64,000 nucleotides of DNA, from positions 10,478,001 to 10,542,000 of the forward strand of contig CATNEN010000003.1 in the NCBI GenBank assembly GCA_950097015.1, read 5' to 3'. The DNA is from Macrostomum hystrix. Lineage: Eukaryota; Animalia; Platyhelminthes. The notes under the pieces are model-generated. The model saw only the letters and a program-made list of their open reading frames with translations, made no database searches and was not told where the DNA came from. Positions 1 to 11,714 of the stretch are shown here, piece after piece (within the stretch, counting starts at the first letter, position 1; the number at the start of each line of letters is the position of its first letter). The translations under genes were made by a program, and so were the position numbers.

Positions 1-952
1 TATCCTACTCAAACCCATATCCTACTCAAACCCATATCCTACTCAAACCCATATCCTACTCATACCCATATCCTACTCAAGCCCATATCCTACTCAAACC
101 CATATCCTACTCAAACCCTTATCCTACTCTAACCCATATCCTACTCAAACCCATTATCCTACTAAAACCCATATCCTACTCAAACCCATATCCTACTCAA
201 ACCCTTATCCTACTCTAACCCATATCCTACTCAAACCCATATCCTACTCAAACCCATATCCTACTCAAACCCATATCCTACTCAAACCCATATCCTACTC
301 ATACCCATATCCTACTCAAGCCCATATCCTACTCAAACCCATATCCTACTCAAACCCTTATCCTACTCTAACCCATATCCTACTCAAACCCATTATCCTA
401 CTAAAACCCATATCCTACTCAAACCCATATCCTACTCAAGCCCATAACCCATATCCTACTCAAACCCATATCCTACTCAAACCCATATCCTACTCAAACC
501 CATATCCTACTCAAACCCATATCCTACTCATACCCATATCCTACTCAAACCCATATCCTACTAAAACCCATATCCTACTCAAACCCATATCCTACTCAAA
601 CCCATATCCTACTAAAACCCATATCCTACTCAAACCCATATCCTACTCAAACCCATATCCTACTCAAACCCATATCCTACTCAAACCCATATCCTACTCA
701 AACCCATATCCTACTCAAACCCATATCCTACTCATACCCATATCCTACTCAAGCCCATATCCTACTCAAACCCATATCCTACTCAAACCCTTATCCTACT
801 CTAACCCATATCCTACTCAAACCCATTATCCTACTAAAACCTATATCCTACTCAAACCCATATCCTACTCAAGCCCATAACCCATATCCTACTCAAACCC
901 ATATCCTACTCAAACCCATATCTTACTCAAACCCATATCCTACTCAAACCCA
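1..952. repeat. 17-bp minisatellite (TATCCTACTCAAACCCA)n in an innexin intron; runs off the window start
   Basis: Direct tandem units. A variant block (CATACCC...AAGCCC...CCCTT) recurs at about 61, 300 and 733. The array ends a few nt before the acceptor AG at 958-959. Confidence 0.97.
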
Positions 953-959
953 AACGCAG

Positions 960-3723
960 GTGTTGGCAGATATCGCCGCCGGTAGGGACTGGCAGTACAC
1001 TATGGTGTTTCCCAGAGTGGCCTTTTGTCGTACAAACGTTGCTATCCTAGGCGGCGCCCAGACCTACCTGAGTCAGTGCGCCCTACCAGTCAACATGCTG
1101 AACGAGAAGATCTACATTTTCTTGTGGTTCTGGTTTGTCATTGGCAGCACTGTCACAGCGGCTAGCCTGCCTGTGTGGCTCTGTCGGATTGTCAATCGCC
1201 GATCTCGAGCCAGATTTGTTCGGCGATTCCTTCGCCTGATGGACGACTATGACAGCGAGAAGCGTCTGGTTGAGAAGTTTGTAGTGGAATTTCTCAGGCA
1301 CGATGGCACCTTCCTGTTGAAGATGATGCAGCTTAACGCTGGGGACATTGTGACGGGTGAGTACGGCCTATGAGAGAATGAGGAAGGGGACTCAAGAGAG
1401 AAATGGGGAAGGGGACTCAAGAGAGAAATGGGGAAGGGGACTCAAGAGAGAAATGGGGAAGGGGATTCAAGAGAGAATGGGGAAGGGGGTTCAAGAGAGA
1501 AATGGGGAAGGGGGTTCAAGAGAGAAATGGGGAAGGGGATTTAAGAGAGAAATGGAGAAGGGGATTCAAGAGATAAATGAGGAAGGGGATTCAAGAGAGA
1601 ATGGGGAAGGGGACTCAAGAGAGAAATGGGGAAGGGGACTCAAGAGATAAATGGGGAAAGGGATTCAAGAGAGAATGGGGAAGGGGGTTCAAGAGAGAAA
1701 TGAGGAAGGGGACTCAAGAGAGAAATGGGGAAGGGGATTCAAGAGAGAATGAGGAAGGGGACTCAATAGAGAAATGGGGAAGGGGATTCAAGAGAGAAAT
1801 GAGGAAGGGGATTCAAGAGAGAAATGGGGAAGGGGACTCAAGAGAGAAATGGGGAAGGGGACTCAAGAGAGAAATGGGGAAGGGGATTCAAGAGAGAATG
1901 GGGAAGGGGGTTCAAGAGAGAAATGAGGAAGGGGACTCAAGAGAGAAATGGGGAAGGGGATTCAAGAGAGAATGAGGAAGGGGACTCAATAGAGAAATGG
2001 GGAAGGGGATTCAAGAGAGAATGGGGAAGGGGACTCAAGAGAGAAATGGGGAAGGGGACTCAAGAGAGAAATGGGGAAGGGGACTCAAGAGAGAAATGGG
2101 GAAGGGGATTCAAGAGAGAATGGGGAAGGGGGTTCAAGAGAGAAATGAGGAAGGGGACTCAAGAGAGAAATGGGGAAGGGGATTCAAGAGAGAATGAGGA
2201 AGGGGACTCAATAGAGAAATGGGGAAGGGGACTCAATAGAGAAATGGGGAAGGGGATTCAAGACAGAATGGGGAAGGGGATTCAAGAGAGAAATAGGGAA
2301 GGGGATTCAAGAGAGAAATGGGGAAGGGGATTCAAGAGAGAAATGGGGAAGGGGATTCAAGAGAGAAATGGGGAAGGGGATTCAAGAGAGAAATGAGGAA
2401 GGGGATTCAAGAGAGAAATGGGGAAGGGGATTCAAGAGAGAAATGCGGAAGGGGATTCAAGAGAGAAATGGGGAAGGGGATTCAAGAGAGAAATGGGGAA
2501 GGGGATTCAAGAGAGAATGGGGAAGGGGATTCAAGAGAGAAATGAGGAAGGGGATTCAAGACAGAATGGGGAAGGGGATTCAAGACAGAATGGGGAAGGG
2601 GATTCAAGAGAGAAATAGGGAAGGGGATTCAAGAGAGAAATAGGGAAGGGGATTCAAGAGAGAAATGGGGAAGGGGATTCAAGAGAGAAATGGGGAAGGG
2701 GATTCAAGAGAGAAATGCGGAAGGGGATTCAAGAGAGAAATGGGGAAGGGGATTCAAGAGAGAAATGGGGAAGGGGATTCAAGAGAGAAATGGGGAAGGG
2801 GATTTAAGAGAGAAATGAGGAAGGGGATTCAAGAGAGAAATGAGGAAGGGGATTCAAGACAGAAATGGGGAAGGGGATTCAAGAGAGAAATGAGGAAGGG
2901 GATTCAAGACAGAAATGGGGAAGGGGATTCAAGAGAGAATGGGGAAGGGGATTCAAGAGAGAAATGGGGAAGGGGATTCAAGAGAGAAATGGGGAAGGGG
3001 ATTTAAGAGAGAAATGGGGAAGGGGATTCCAGAGAGAAATGGGGAAGGGGATTCAAGAGAGAAATGGGGAAGGGGATTCAAGAGAGAAATGGGGAAGGGG
3101 ATTCAAGACAGAATGAGGAAGGGGATTTAAGAGAGAAATGGGGAAGGGGATTCAAGAGAGAAATGGGGAAGGGGATTCAAGACAGAATGGGGAAGGGGAT
3201 TCAAGAGAGAATGGGGAAGGGGATTCAAGAGAGAAATCGGGAAAGGGATTGCAGAGTGTGAGGTAGGGGATAGCAGAACCACAAAGCCCTGTAAGTTGAC
3301 AGGGTAGGTTTTATCAGAATCAGCGAAAAGTTAAGACCCATTTTTTATGTCACATTCCCAGGCGACATTGTTCACGAATTGTTCCGCCTGTGGCGCGCCA
3401 AATATGAGGGTCAGGATCTGCGCGGGCCGAAGGCCGCTGCCTCCAGAGCAGGCGCAGTCTGCGACAGCCTGAGCTACCCGGTGAAGATCCAGCTGGAAGA
3501 CGGAGGCACCGCTAGGCGCCCGGGCCGCAGCATGAAGAGACAGGCGCCGACTGCGCCAATCTACACTTCGCCGATCAAGGCGCAGCAGGACAGTCTGGGA
3601 GGCGTCGGCAACGCAGCCGACCAGCCGCTGATGCTGAAGGACCCGGACAGCGGGCGCAGCAGCGCCGGCCATCATCGGGCCTCCAGCTTTGAACAGTTGC
3701 ACGCCTCGGGTATCCGCGTCTGA
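960..3723 (+). CDS. Innexin (gap-junction protein), last two coding exons 960-1356 and 3362-3723; 5' exons lie outside the window
   Basis: Innexin motifs FPRVAFC, QCALPVNMLNEKIYIFLWFWF, FLRHDGTFLL. Splice sites cag|960, 1356|gtgagt, ccag|3362. The phase-1 join gives NAGDIVTGDIVHELFRLW; stop TGA ends at 3723. Confidence 0.93.
1372..3250. repeat. 24/25-bp purine-rich minisatellite (AAGAGAGAAATGGGGAAGGGGATTC)n filling the innexin intron
   Basis: Direct tandem units; explains all ORFs between 1357 and 3261. Confidence 0.97.
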
Positions 3724-3911
3724 TTTGCTGACTGGCGGTGTGAAGTTTCATCAGACTACTGACAGTAGGCACTAGCGAATTCGCACTGAATGTGAAAAAC
3801 TAACTCGAAGAAAATAATCTAGGTTACTCATAATGATAGGACGAATTTTATTGCAATAAGAATATAATTAGTGCGCTCCTCCTTATAGTAGTGTAATCCT
3901 GTAAGATTTAG

Positions 3912-4535
3912 GTGTGATCCCTAAAAATTAGCGTGATCCCTAAAAATGTGTATGATCCCTAAAAATTAGTGTGATCCCTAAAAATTAGTGTGATCCCTAA
4001 AAATTAGTGTGATCCCTAGAAATTTGTGTGATCCCTAAAAATTAGTGTGATCCCTAAAAATTAGCGTGATCCCTAGAAATTAGTGTGATCCCTAAAAATT
4101 AGTGTGATCCCTAAAAATTAGTGTGATCCCTAAAAATTAGTGTGATCCCTAAAAATTAGTGTTATCCCTAAAAATTAGCGTGATCCCTAAAAATTAGCGT
4201 GATCCCTAAAAATTAGCGTGATCCCTAAAAATTAGTGTGATCCCTAAAAATTAGCGTGGTCCCTAAAAATTAGCGTGGTCCCTAAAAATTAGCGTGGTCC
4301 CTAAAAATTAGTGTGATCCCTAAAAATTAGTGTGATCCCTAAAAATTAGCGCGATCCCTAAAAATTAGTGTGATCCCTAAAAATTAGTGTGATCCCTAAA
4401 AATTAGCGTGATCCCTAAAAATTTGTGTGATCCCTAAAAATTAGCGTGATCCCTAAAAATTTGTGTGATCCCTAAAAATTAGCGTGATCCCTAAAAATTA
4501 GCGTGATCCCTAAAAATTAGCGTGATCCCTAAAAT
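3912..4535. repeat. 19-bp minisatellite (GTGATCCCTAAAAATTAGT)n
   Basis: Direct tandem units. Confidence 0.97.
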
Positions 4536-4974
4536 TTTACTTTAGAAAAAACTTCGATAAGAATGACTTTCATTCCGCAATGACTTTCAAATTGAACTTT
4601 TCTAAGAAACGAATGAATCAGTTTTTCAACAGTCCTTTATTTGAATGCACTATTATTGGTAATTCTCTAAATGATGCCAATTTTTTTTTTCATTTGTTCT
4701 TTTAAAATATTTTTCTTTTACCACTGTTGTGGCCTAATCCATTTGATCAACCCAGTGACCTAGCAACAACACAATATTTGTTCTTGTTTTATTTAAACAT
4801 TTAACTTACCACAATATCCTATATGTGCTGTTGTTTCAACTTTTTGCTGGTTTTATTATTTTGTTGTTTTTTACACTGCTTGTCAGTCACTATAACCGGT
4901 TGTTTCTACTGCTATAAAAATTAACTGCATGTCCGTTTCCCATATTTGATTGTCACCGCTCTTTTTATTCAATA

Positions 4975-6722
4975 TCCCAAGGATCAAAGATCCCAAGGAT
5001 CAAAGATCCCAAGGATCAAAGATCCCAAGGATCAAAGATCCCAAGGATCAAAGATCCCAAGGATCAAAGATCCCAAGGATCAAAGATCCCAAGGATCAAA
5101 GATCCCAAGGATCAAAGATCCCAAGGATCAAAGATTCCAAGGATCAAAGATCCCAAGGATCAAAGATCCCAAGGATCAAAGATCCCAAGGATCAAAGATC
5201 CCAAGGATCAAAGATTCCAAGGATCAAAGATCCCAAGGATCAAAGATCCCAAGGATCAAAGATCCCAAGGATCAAAGATCCCAAGGATCAAAGATCCCAA
5301 TGATCAAAGATCCCAATGATCAAAGATCCCAATGATCAAAGATCCCAAGGATCAAAGATCCCAATGATCAAAGATCCCAAGGATCAAAGATCCCAATGAT
5401 CAAAGATACCAATGATCAAAGATCCCAAGGATCAAAGATCCCAAGGATCAAAGATCCCAAGGATCAAAGATCCCAAGGATCAAAGATCCCAAGGATCAAA
5501 GATCCCAAGGATCAAAGATCCCAAGGATCAAAGATCCCAAGGATCAAAGATCCCAAGGATCAAAGATCCCAAGGATCAAAGATTCCAAGGATCAAAGATC
5601 CCAAGGATCAAAGATCCCAAGGATCAAAGATCCCAAGGATCAAAGATCCCAAGGATCAAAGATTCCAAGGATCAAAGATCCCAAGGATCAAAGATCCCAA
5701 GGATCAAAGATCCCAAGGATCAAAGATCCCAAGGATCAAAGATCCCAATGATCAAAGATCCCAATGATCAAAGATCCCAATGATCAAAGATCCCAAGGAT
5801 CAAAGATCCCAATGATCAAAGATCCCAAGGATCAAAGATCCCAATGATCAAAGATACCAATGATCAAAGATCCCAAGGATCAAAGATCCCAATGATCAAA
5901 GATCCCAAGGATCAAAGATCCCAATGATCAAAGATACCAATGATCAAAGATACCAATGATCAAAGATCCCAATGATCAAAGATCCCAAGGATCAAAGATC
6001 CCAAGGATCAAAGATCCCAATGATCAAAGATCCCAAGGATCAAAGATCCCAATGATCAAAGATACCAATGATCAAAGATACCAATGATCAAAGATCCCAA
6101 GGATGAAAGATCCCAAGGATCAAAGATACCAATGATCAAAGATCCCAATGATCAAAGATCCCAAGGATCAAAGATCCCAATGATCAAAGATCCCAATGAT
6201 CAAAGATCCCAAGGATCAAAGATCCCAATGATCAAAGATACCAATGATCAAAGATCCCAAGGATGAAAGATCCCAAGGATCAAAGATCCCAATGATCAAA
6301 GATCCCAATGATCAAAGATCCCAATGATCAAAGATCCCAATGATCAAAGATCCCAATGATCAAAGATACCAATGATCAAAGATCCCAAGGATGAAAGATC
6401 CCAAGGATCAAAGATCCCAATGATCAAAGATCCCAATGATCAAAGATCCCAAGGATCAAAGATCCCAAGGATCAAAGATCCCAAGGATCAAAGATCCCAA
6501 GGATCAAAGATCCCAAGGATGAAAGATCCCAAGGATCAAAGATCCCAATGATCAAAGATCCCAAGGATCAAAGATCCCAAGGATCAAAGATCCCAAGGAT
6601 CAAAGATCCCAAGGATCAAAGATCCCAAGGATCAAAGATCCCAAGGATCAAAGATCCCAAGGATCAAAGATCCCAAGGATCAAAGATCCCAATGATCAAA
6701 CATCCCAAGGATCAAAGATCCA
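4975..6722. repeat. 16-bp minisatellite (CCCAAGGATCAAAGAT)n
   Basis: Direct tandem units. The GATTCC variant occurs at 5133/5213 and 5581/5661 (448 bp = 28 units apart). Confidence 0.97.
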
Positions 6723-7652
6723 AACGATCAAGTATGAATCATCAGAGGCGGTATGTATCGCTGTCAGTTCTGCATGCCATAATTTAAACATGCTATTTTA
6801 TTTTTTATCTTACTCTGTCGCAACTTTTGCGTGAAAAATCCCTTTTATCGTGTACAGCTGGTGTTTTGTATGCCAATTTTTTAAGTCAATCAAGTGTTCA
6901 TTATTTACTACCAGTTGTTTGCATGCTTTATACAACAATGATTTTCCTAATCATTTTGACCATTTTAGTAGTATTAACTAATGTGACTAAACTTTTTTGT
7001 TACAAAGTATTGAAACAGTTAGTAATTTATAGGAGATAATAAATTATATATTACTAACATGCTGTTACCTCATAGTGTAAATAATCATTTGATTGACTCA
7101 TTTTTTCTGTCATAAATTTTTCGGTGTCGTTAAGCCATGGGTCAATAATGAATTTTCTAGTTCATAATATTCGTATTCGTCGTCAGCCAAATCGTTTTAT
7201 TAAACTCGAATAAAACTTTAACCGCATTCAATAAACGCAAAATTGCCGTATAAACTGCTGTGGAATTACGTTTTGGTAGTTTCGTTATTCGTTTTTTCGA
7301 TTCATGCTACTAAAAAATGATATGTAAGTAGTATATCTAGAACAGAAGGCCTTGAAGAAAATTTGAAGACGCTGAAGTCAGACGGCCTTGAAAGTTATTC
7401 CATAGCGAAGGGTGGAAAATGTTGATTCAGATGGTGGACTTTTGCGTTTTTGTTCTACTTGCGTTCAAATAACACAAATAACTTCCTGCTTGATCCGCAT
7501 GAATGCTTTTCAGGGGAGTTCTTACCATAGACTAAATCTTTATCGCACGCTATGGTCGACCGACAATAGAAATACCAGTATCGCTATTGTCAATCTAATT
7601 CATCCTCGTTTTGAATGCCCCTTTCTCGTTTTGGTTGTCCAATTGTCTAGAG

Positions 7653-8310
7653 CAGGGGTCGGCAACTGTCTCCCTCCCTGTCTCACCTCTCCCTGTCTTA
7701 TCTCTCCCCAGTCTCATCTCTCCCCTGTCTCATCTCTCCCCATTTTCATCTCTCCCCTTTTTCATCTCTCCCCTTTTTCGTCTCTCCCCTGTCTCATCTC
7801 TATTGCGTCTTATCTCCCCCGTCTCATCTCTCACCTGTCTCATCTCTCACTTGTCTCATCTCTCACCTGTCTCACCTCTCACCTGTCTCATCTCTCACCT
7901 GTCTCATCTCTCACCTGTCTCATCTCTCACCTGTCTCATCTCTCACTTGTCTAATCTCTCACCTGTCTCATCTCTCACTTGTCTCATCTCTCACTTGTCT
8001 CATCTCTCACCTGTCTCATCTCTCACCTGTCTCATCTCTCACCTGTCTCATCTCTCACCTGTCTCATCTCTCACCTGTCTCATCTCTCACTTGTCTAATC
8101 TCTCACCTGTCTCATCTCTCACTTGTCTCATCTCTCACTTGTCTCATCTCTCACCTGTCTCATCTCTCACCTGTCTCATCTCTCACTTGTCTCATCTCTC
8201 ACCTGTCTCATCTCTCACTTGTCTGATCTCTCCCCTTTCTTCATGCGGCCCGCCGTCGTCTTTAAGATTCTCTCTTTAGCCCGTGGGGTATATAAGGTTG
8301 CCGACCCCTG
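7653..8310. mobile_element. Non-autonomous hAT (Charlie/Buster-type) MITE containing a 16-bp minisatellite
   Basis: 14-bp TIRs CAGGGGTCGGCAAC...GTTGCCGACCCCTG. 8-bp flanks GTCTAGAG/GTCTATAG (7/8 match, NTCTAGAN-type target). Subterminal GCGGCCCGC; interior (TCTCATCTCTCACCTG)n. Confidence 0.88.
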
Positions 8311-9029
8311 GTCTATAGAGTCTATGTTCTCTAGCGGCGAGGTTTACTTTGAGGATAGTTAAGTCCAAAGCCATTATGGTTTTGAATGTCTAAATTATCA
8401 TTTAGATTGACAAAAGCCTCACATTCCCTCACATGTTTCGGAGCTGAAAAGCCAGCATCTTGTTTGATTTCTTCTGAAATTTAAACCCCATTTGACCCCC
8501 AGACAGAAGATTATGAATAAAGTTGTAGTTATTAAGTGAGACTAAAAACACTATCTTCGAAATGTAAAAGACAAAATATTTATATTTTGTTAAGTTAAAC
8601 GCAAAAAACTGAAAAACCTATTTTATTGTGTTATAACGGTCCTCTATTGCTTGCTGACACAAACTTGAAACTAATTTATAATACAGTAAATGAAAAGTAC
8701 TGCTATCGAACGGAAAAAATGTTTCTCTATTTTACTCTTTTTACTCTGCTTGTACTCTTGTGGTAGAGGCTTGCTCTACTTTCAAATCCTTCCAGTGGCC
8801 CACTTTTTTGTTATAGTTTAATCGAAACTGGCGCCATTTTGAATTGCCGTGTTTTTTCCGGGAAACGATGTACGCCGATTCCATTCAGGACTTAGGGATG
8901 AAGTCAGAGCACTATCTAGAGGTTTTGAGAAAATTTGACTCAGTAGTAGCATAATCTAAAAATAGATTTCATTTTTAGTCTTCACTGTTAGTCGTCGCAT
9001 TTACTTTCATTTCATTTAATATTTTTATG

Positions 9030-11582
9030 TTATTTCGCTCTGTGAGAAACGGCACTGTAGGGTTTCATATAGGACGGTGTCGAGGATTTGTTAGCGGCAA
9101 CTCCCTGTTGTTTGCCTTCCCTGTCTGAAATTTCTGTAAATCTGCGATGTTGCACATTGTTGACTTGTACTTGTTGATCATTTGAGCTTGATGGCCTGCT
9201 GGTAGCTCTTTTGGTGTTCCTGCTGTTAAGCAATTGCGATAAATTGATTAGTGATAATGCGACTCTGAAAAAGATCGGAAACTTCAAAAAAGCTTAAGAG
9301 CGGGAAATCTGGGGACATGGGGCTGTTGTGGGATTTCGGGGGCATAGGGAATGCGAGATTTCGGGATTTTGGGTAGAATAGTAATCTTGACAAGTCGGAT
9401 TGGGGATGGGGATGTGGGATTTGGAGATGTGGGATTTGGGGATGTGGGGAGGATGGACTTATGAACGTTGAATTTTCAATTTTAGTTAGATCTAGAAAGC
9501 TTGGATTCGGTTAAAAGGGATTTTAAAAAATAATTTTTTTAGGATTTTGTAAACCTGACTTACAATACAGGCAGCTTTGATGGAATTGGCTTCTTTTGAT
9601 CCTGCAGCAGCTGCTTTGGCTGCATCCGCTGCTCATTAATTCGGCCTATCATATTGTTTGGCTGCATCCGCTGCTCATTAATTCGGCCTATCATATTGTT
9701 TGGCTGCAATCTGTCTGGTCGGACCTTGCCATGGGGCCCAGTCTTTTGCGGAACAGAATCACCATCTGGAACCTGTTTAGCAGACACAGCTCCCTGACCT
9801 TTCTGCTGCTGCTGCTGCTGCTTTTGCTGATTCGGTCGGCTCTGAGGCTGCCGTTGCTGCTGCTGCTGGGGCGGTACCGGTCGTCCAGTTGAAGCGCCCT
9901 GCAGTGTTCCGACAAGTTTCGTTTGGCGAGGCTTCTCTGACCGAGTTTGAGCCGCTTTTGGCTGAGATTGATGAGCAGTTTTGATTTAATTTAGTCAACC
10001 AGAGTAGGGAGTTCTTTCGATTAAGGAAAAAAATTCTCGAGATAATATATGACGCACTTACCTTAGGCTTTAGGGTAAACAAGCCCCTGTGGCTGACCAC
10101 ATACACCTCTTGGTCTTCCCATTGGCCGTCTTCGTCCTCTTTGAATTTTAGATTCTCCAACGGTGGAAACGGAACTGCGTAGTAGTTTTCAGCGGCCGAG
10201 CACACCCGATGAAATATGCGATATCCGTGCCGCTGTCTGCCATTGGCTGAGAGGTCTGTGGGTTTCGCGATTGGGGTGGGTGGAGAACTGCGTATTTGTT
10301 ATTGGCTGAGAGGTCAGTGGGTTTCGCGATTGGGGTGGGTGGAGAACTGCGTGTTTGTTTTTGACTGAGAGGTCAGTGGGTTTCGCGATTGGGGTGGGTG
10401 GAGAACTGTGTATTTGTTATTGGCTGAGAGGACTGTGGGTTTCGCGATTGGGGTGGGTGGAGAACTGCGTGCTAGTCATTGGCTGAGAGTTTTATTGGTA
10501 TGACGGTTGAGGTGGGCGGAGAAACACGCATGATTGGCTGAGGCGATGGTGACTAGAGACTTTATTGGGGCTAAGAGAAGCATTTTTCTTAGCATTGGCT
10601 AAGAGGCTTAGAGCCATTTAAGGGCAATTTTTTTACCGCGAAATTTTTTAGATTGTGGCGGCTGCTGAGCTGGGCACTGCTGCCGTAGAGACTGCTTTTG
10701 AGGTTGCTTAATAGCATCTGACGATGCCTTGTAATAAGAGTAATTTATCGGTTGTGGCTGCTGCTGCTGTTCCGAATTGGAAGGAGCTTGCTTGTCGGGC
10801 AGAGTGACTGACACTTGAGCTTCACCGGCAGCTGTTGCTTCTGCGTTGGCACTTGATGATGCCGTTGGCACCTGCGGCTTCAGGCGGTCACTAAGGGACT
10901 GCAGAATTCGATGAATATTTTTCGCGTCTCGAGTGGCTCGAATTTGTAAGCCGCCAGACTCGTCAGCTGTCGAATTGTTTGCCGTGGCGCTGCCATTGTC
11001 CATTAAAGCCTTGCCATTATCCATCGCGTTAGTTGCCCCATCGTCATCCTCAAGCATAGCTATAACCAGCCTCTTCCTGTGCCTGCGTCGGCTGCCAACT
11101 TGCGGACTCTTGAATCGCTGCGAACATGGCATCGTGGTCGAGTCGGACGTACCAGCCTCGCCGTTGCGGAACAACTTCTGCCAGAAGGTGTCCTTAGACC
11201 GGCTAAGAAGCTGATCTCCTGGAGGACTATTTGCCGTCTGGCGCCTTTGACTCTTTTGAAGTCGGCCCTTTCGCGTTAGTTGGTATGTCTGCGGCCGTCT
11301 TGTCGGAGCGGCGCCCGTCACTGTGTCGGCGTCCTCCTCTGACTCGTGTCCTTCAGCTTTGCTACGCTGTCTGTGGCCATTCCGTCCTCCTTCACCGGAC
11401 TTGCTCGCCGACTGGCGGTACAGTTCCAGCTCGTCGTCACGGGTGCTGGGAACCGTACAGCGGAACAGCTGACGCCAGATGCTGCTGCGACTGCTGCCGC
11501 TCTGAATGCTGCCACTGCCGTCGTGCTGCGATCGTTTCTGCTTGTGGCACCCCTTACTATTGACTGCTTTCTCATTTGGCAT
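9030..11582 (-). CDS. Uncharacterised low-complexity Q/S/R/K-rich protein, about 587 aa; exons 11582-10637, 10246-10062, 9961-9564, 9264-9030
   Basis: Four ORF segments join in frame through GT-AG sites (phases 1, 0, 2); total 1764 nt. AG acceptor 2 nt before the ATG, so an upstream exon is possible. No recognisable domain. Confidence 0.62.
10243..10545. repeat. 59-bp tandem repeat in intron 1 of the orphan gene
   Basis: TTGGCTGAGAGGTCWGTGGGTTTCGCGATTGGGGTGGGTGGAGAACTG... about 4 good copies plus 1 decayed; 1-nt shift per 60-nt line. Confidence 0.92.
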
Positions 11583-11714
11583 ACCTGAGACTAGCCTGTG
11601 ACCTAGTGATGCCTGCGCTATAGTAGTGTCTAATATCTGCTGGGTGGTTAGGCTAGTCCAAGATAATTGATAACTTGCACTGCTTGTTTTCAGGTAGCAA
11701 CAACGCGGTCTAAT

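Noticed and set aside
1357-6787. Many ORFs with MGKGIQER / KDPKDQRSQ repeats
   Set aside because: They are translations of 24/25-bp and 16-bp arrays whose frames rotate; the first set lies inside a defined intron.
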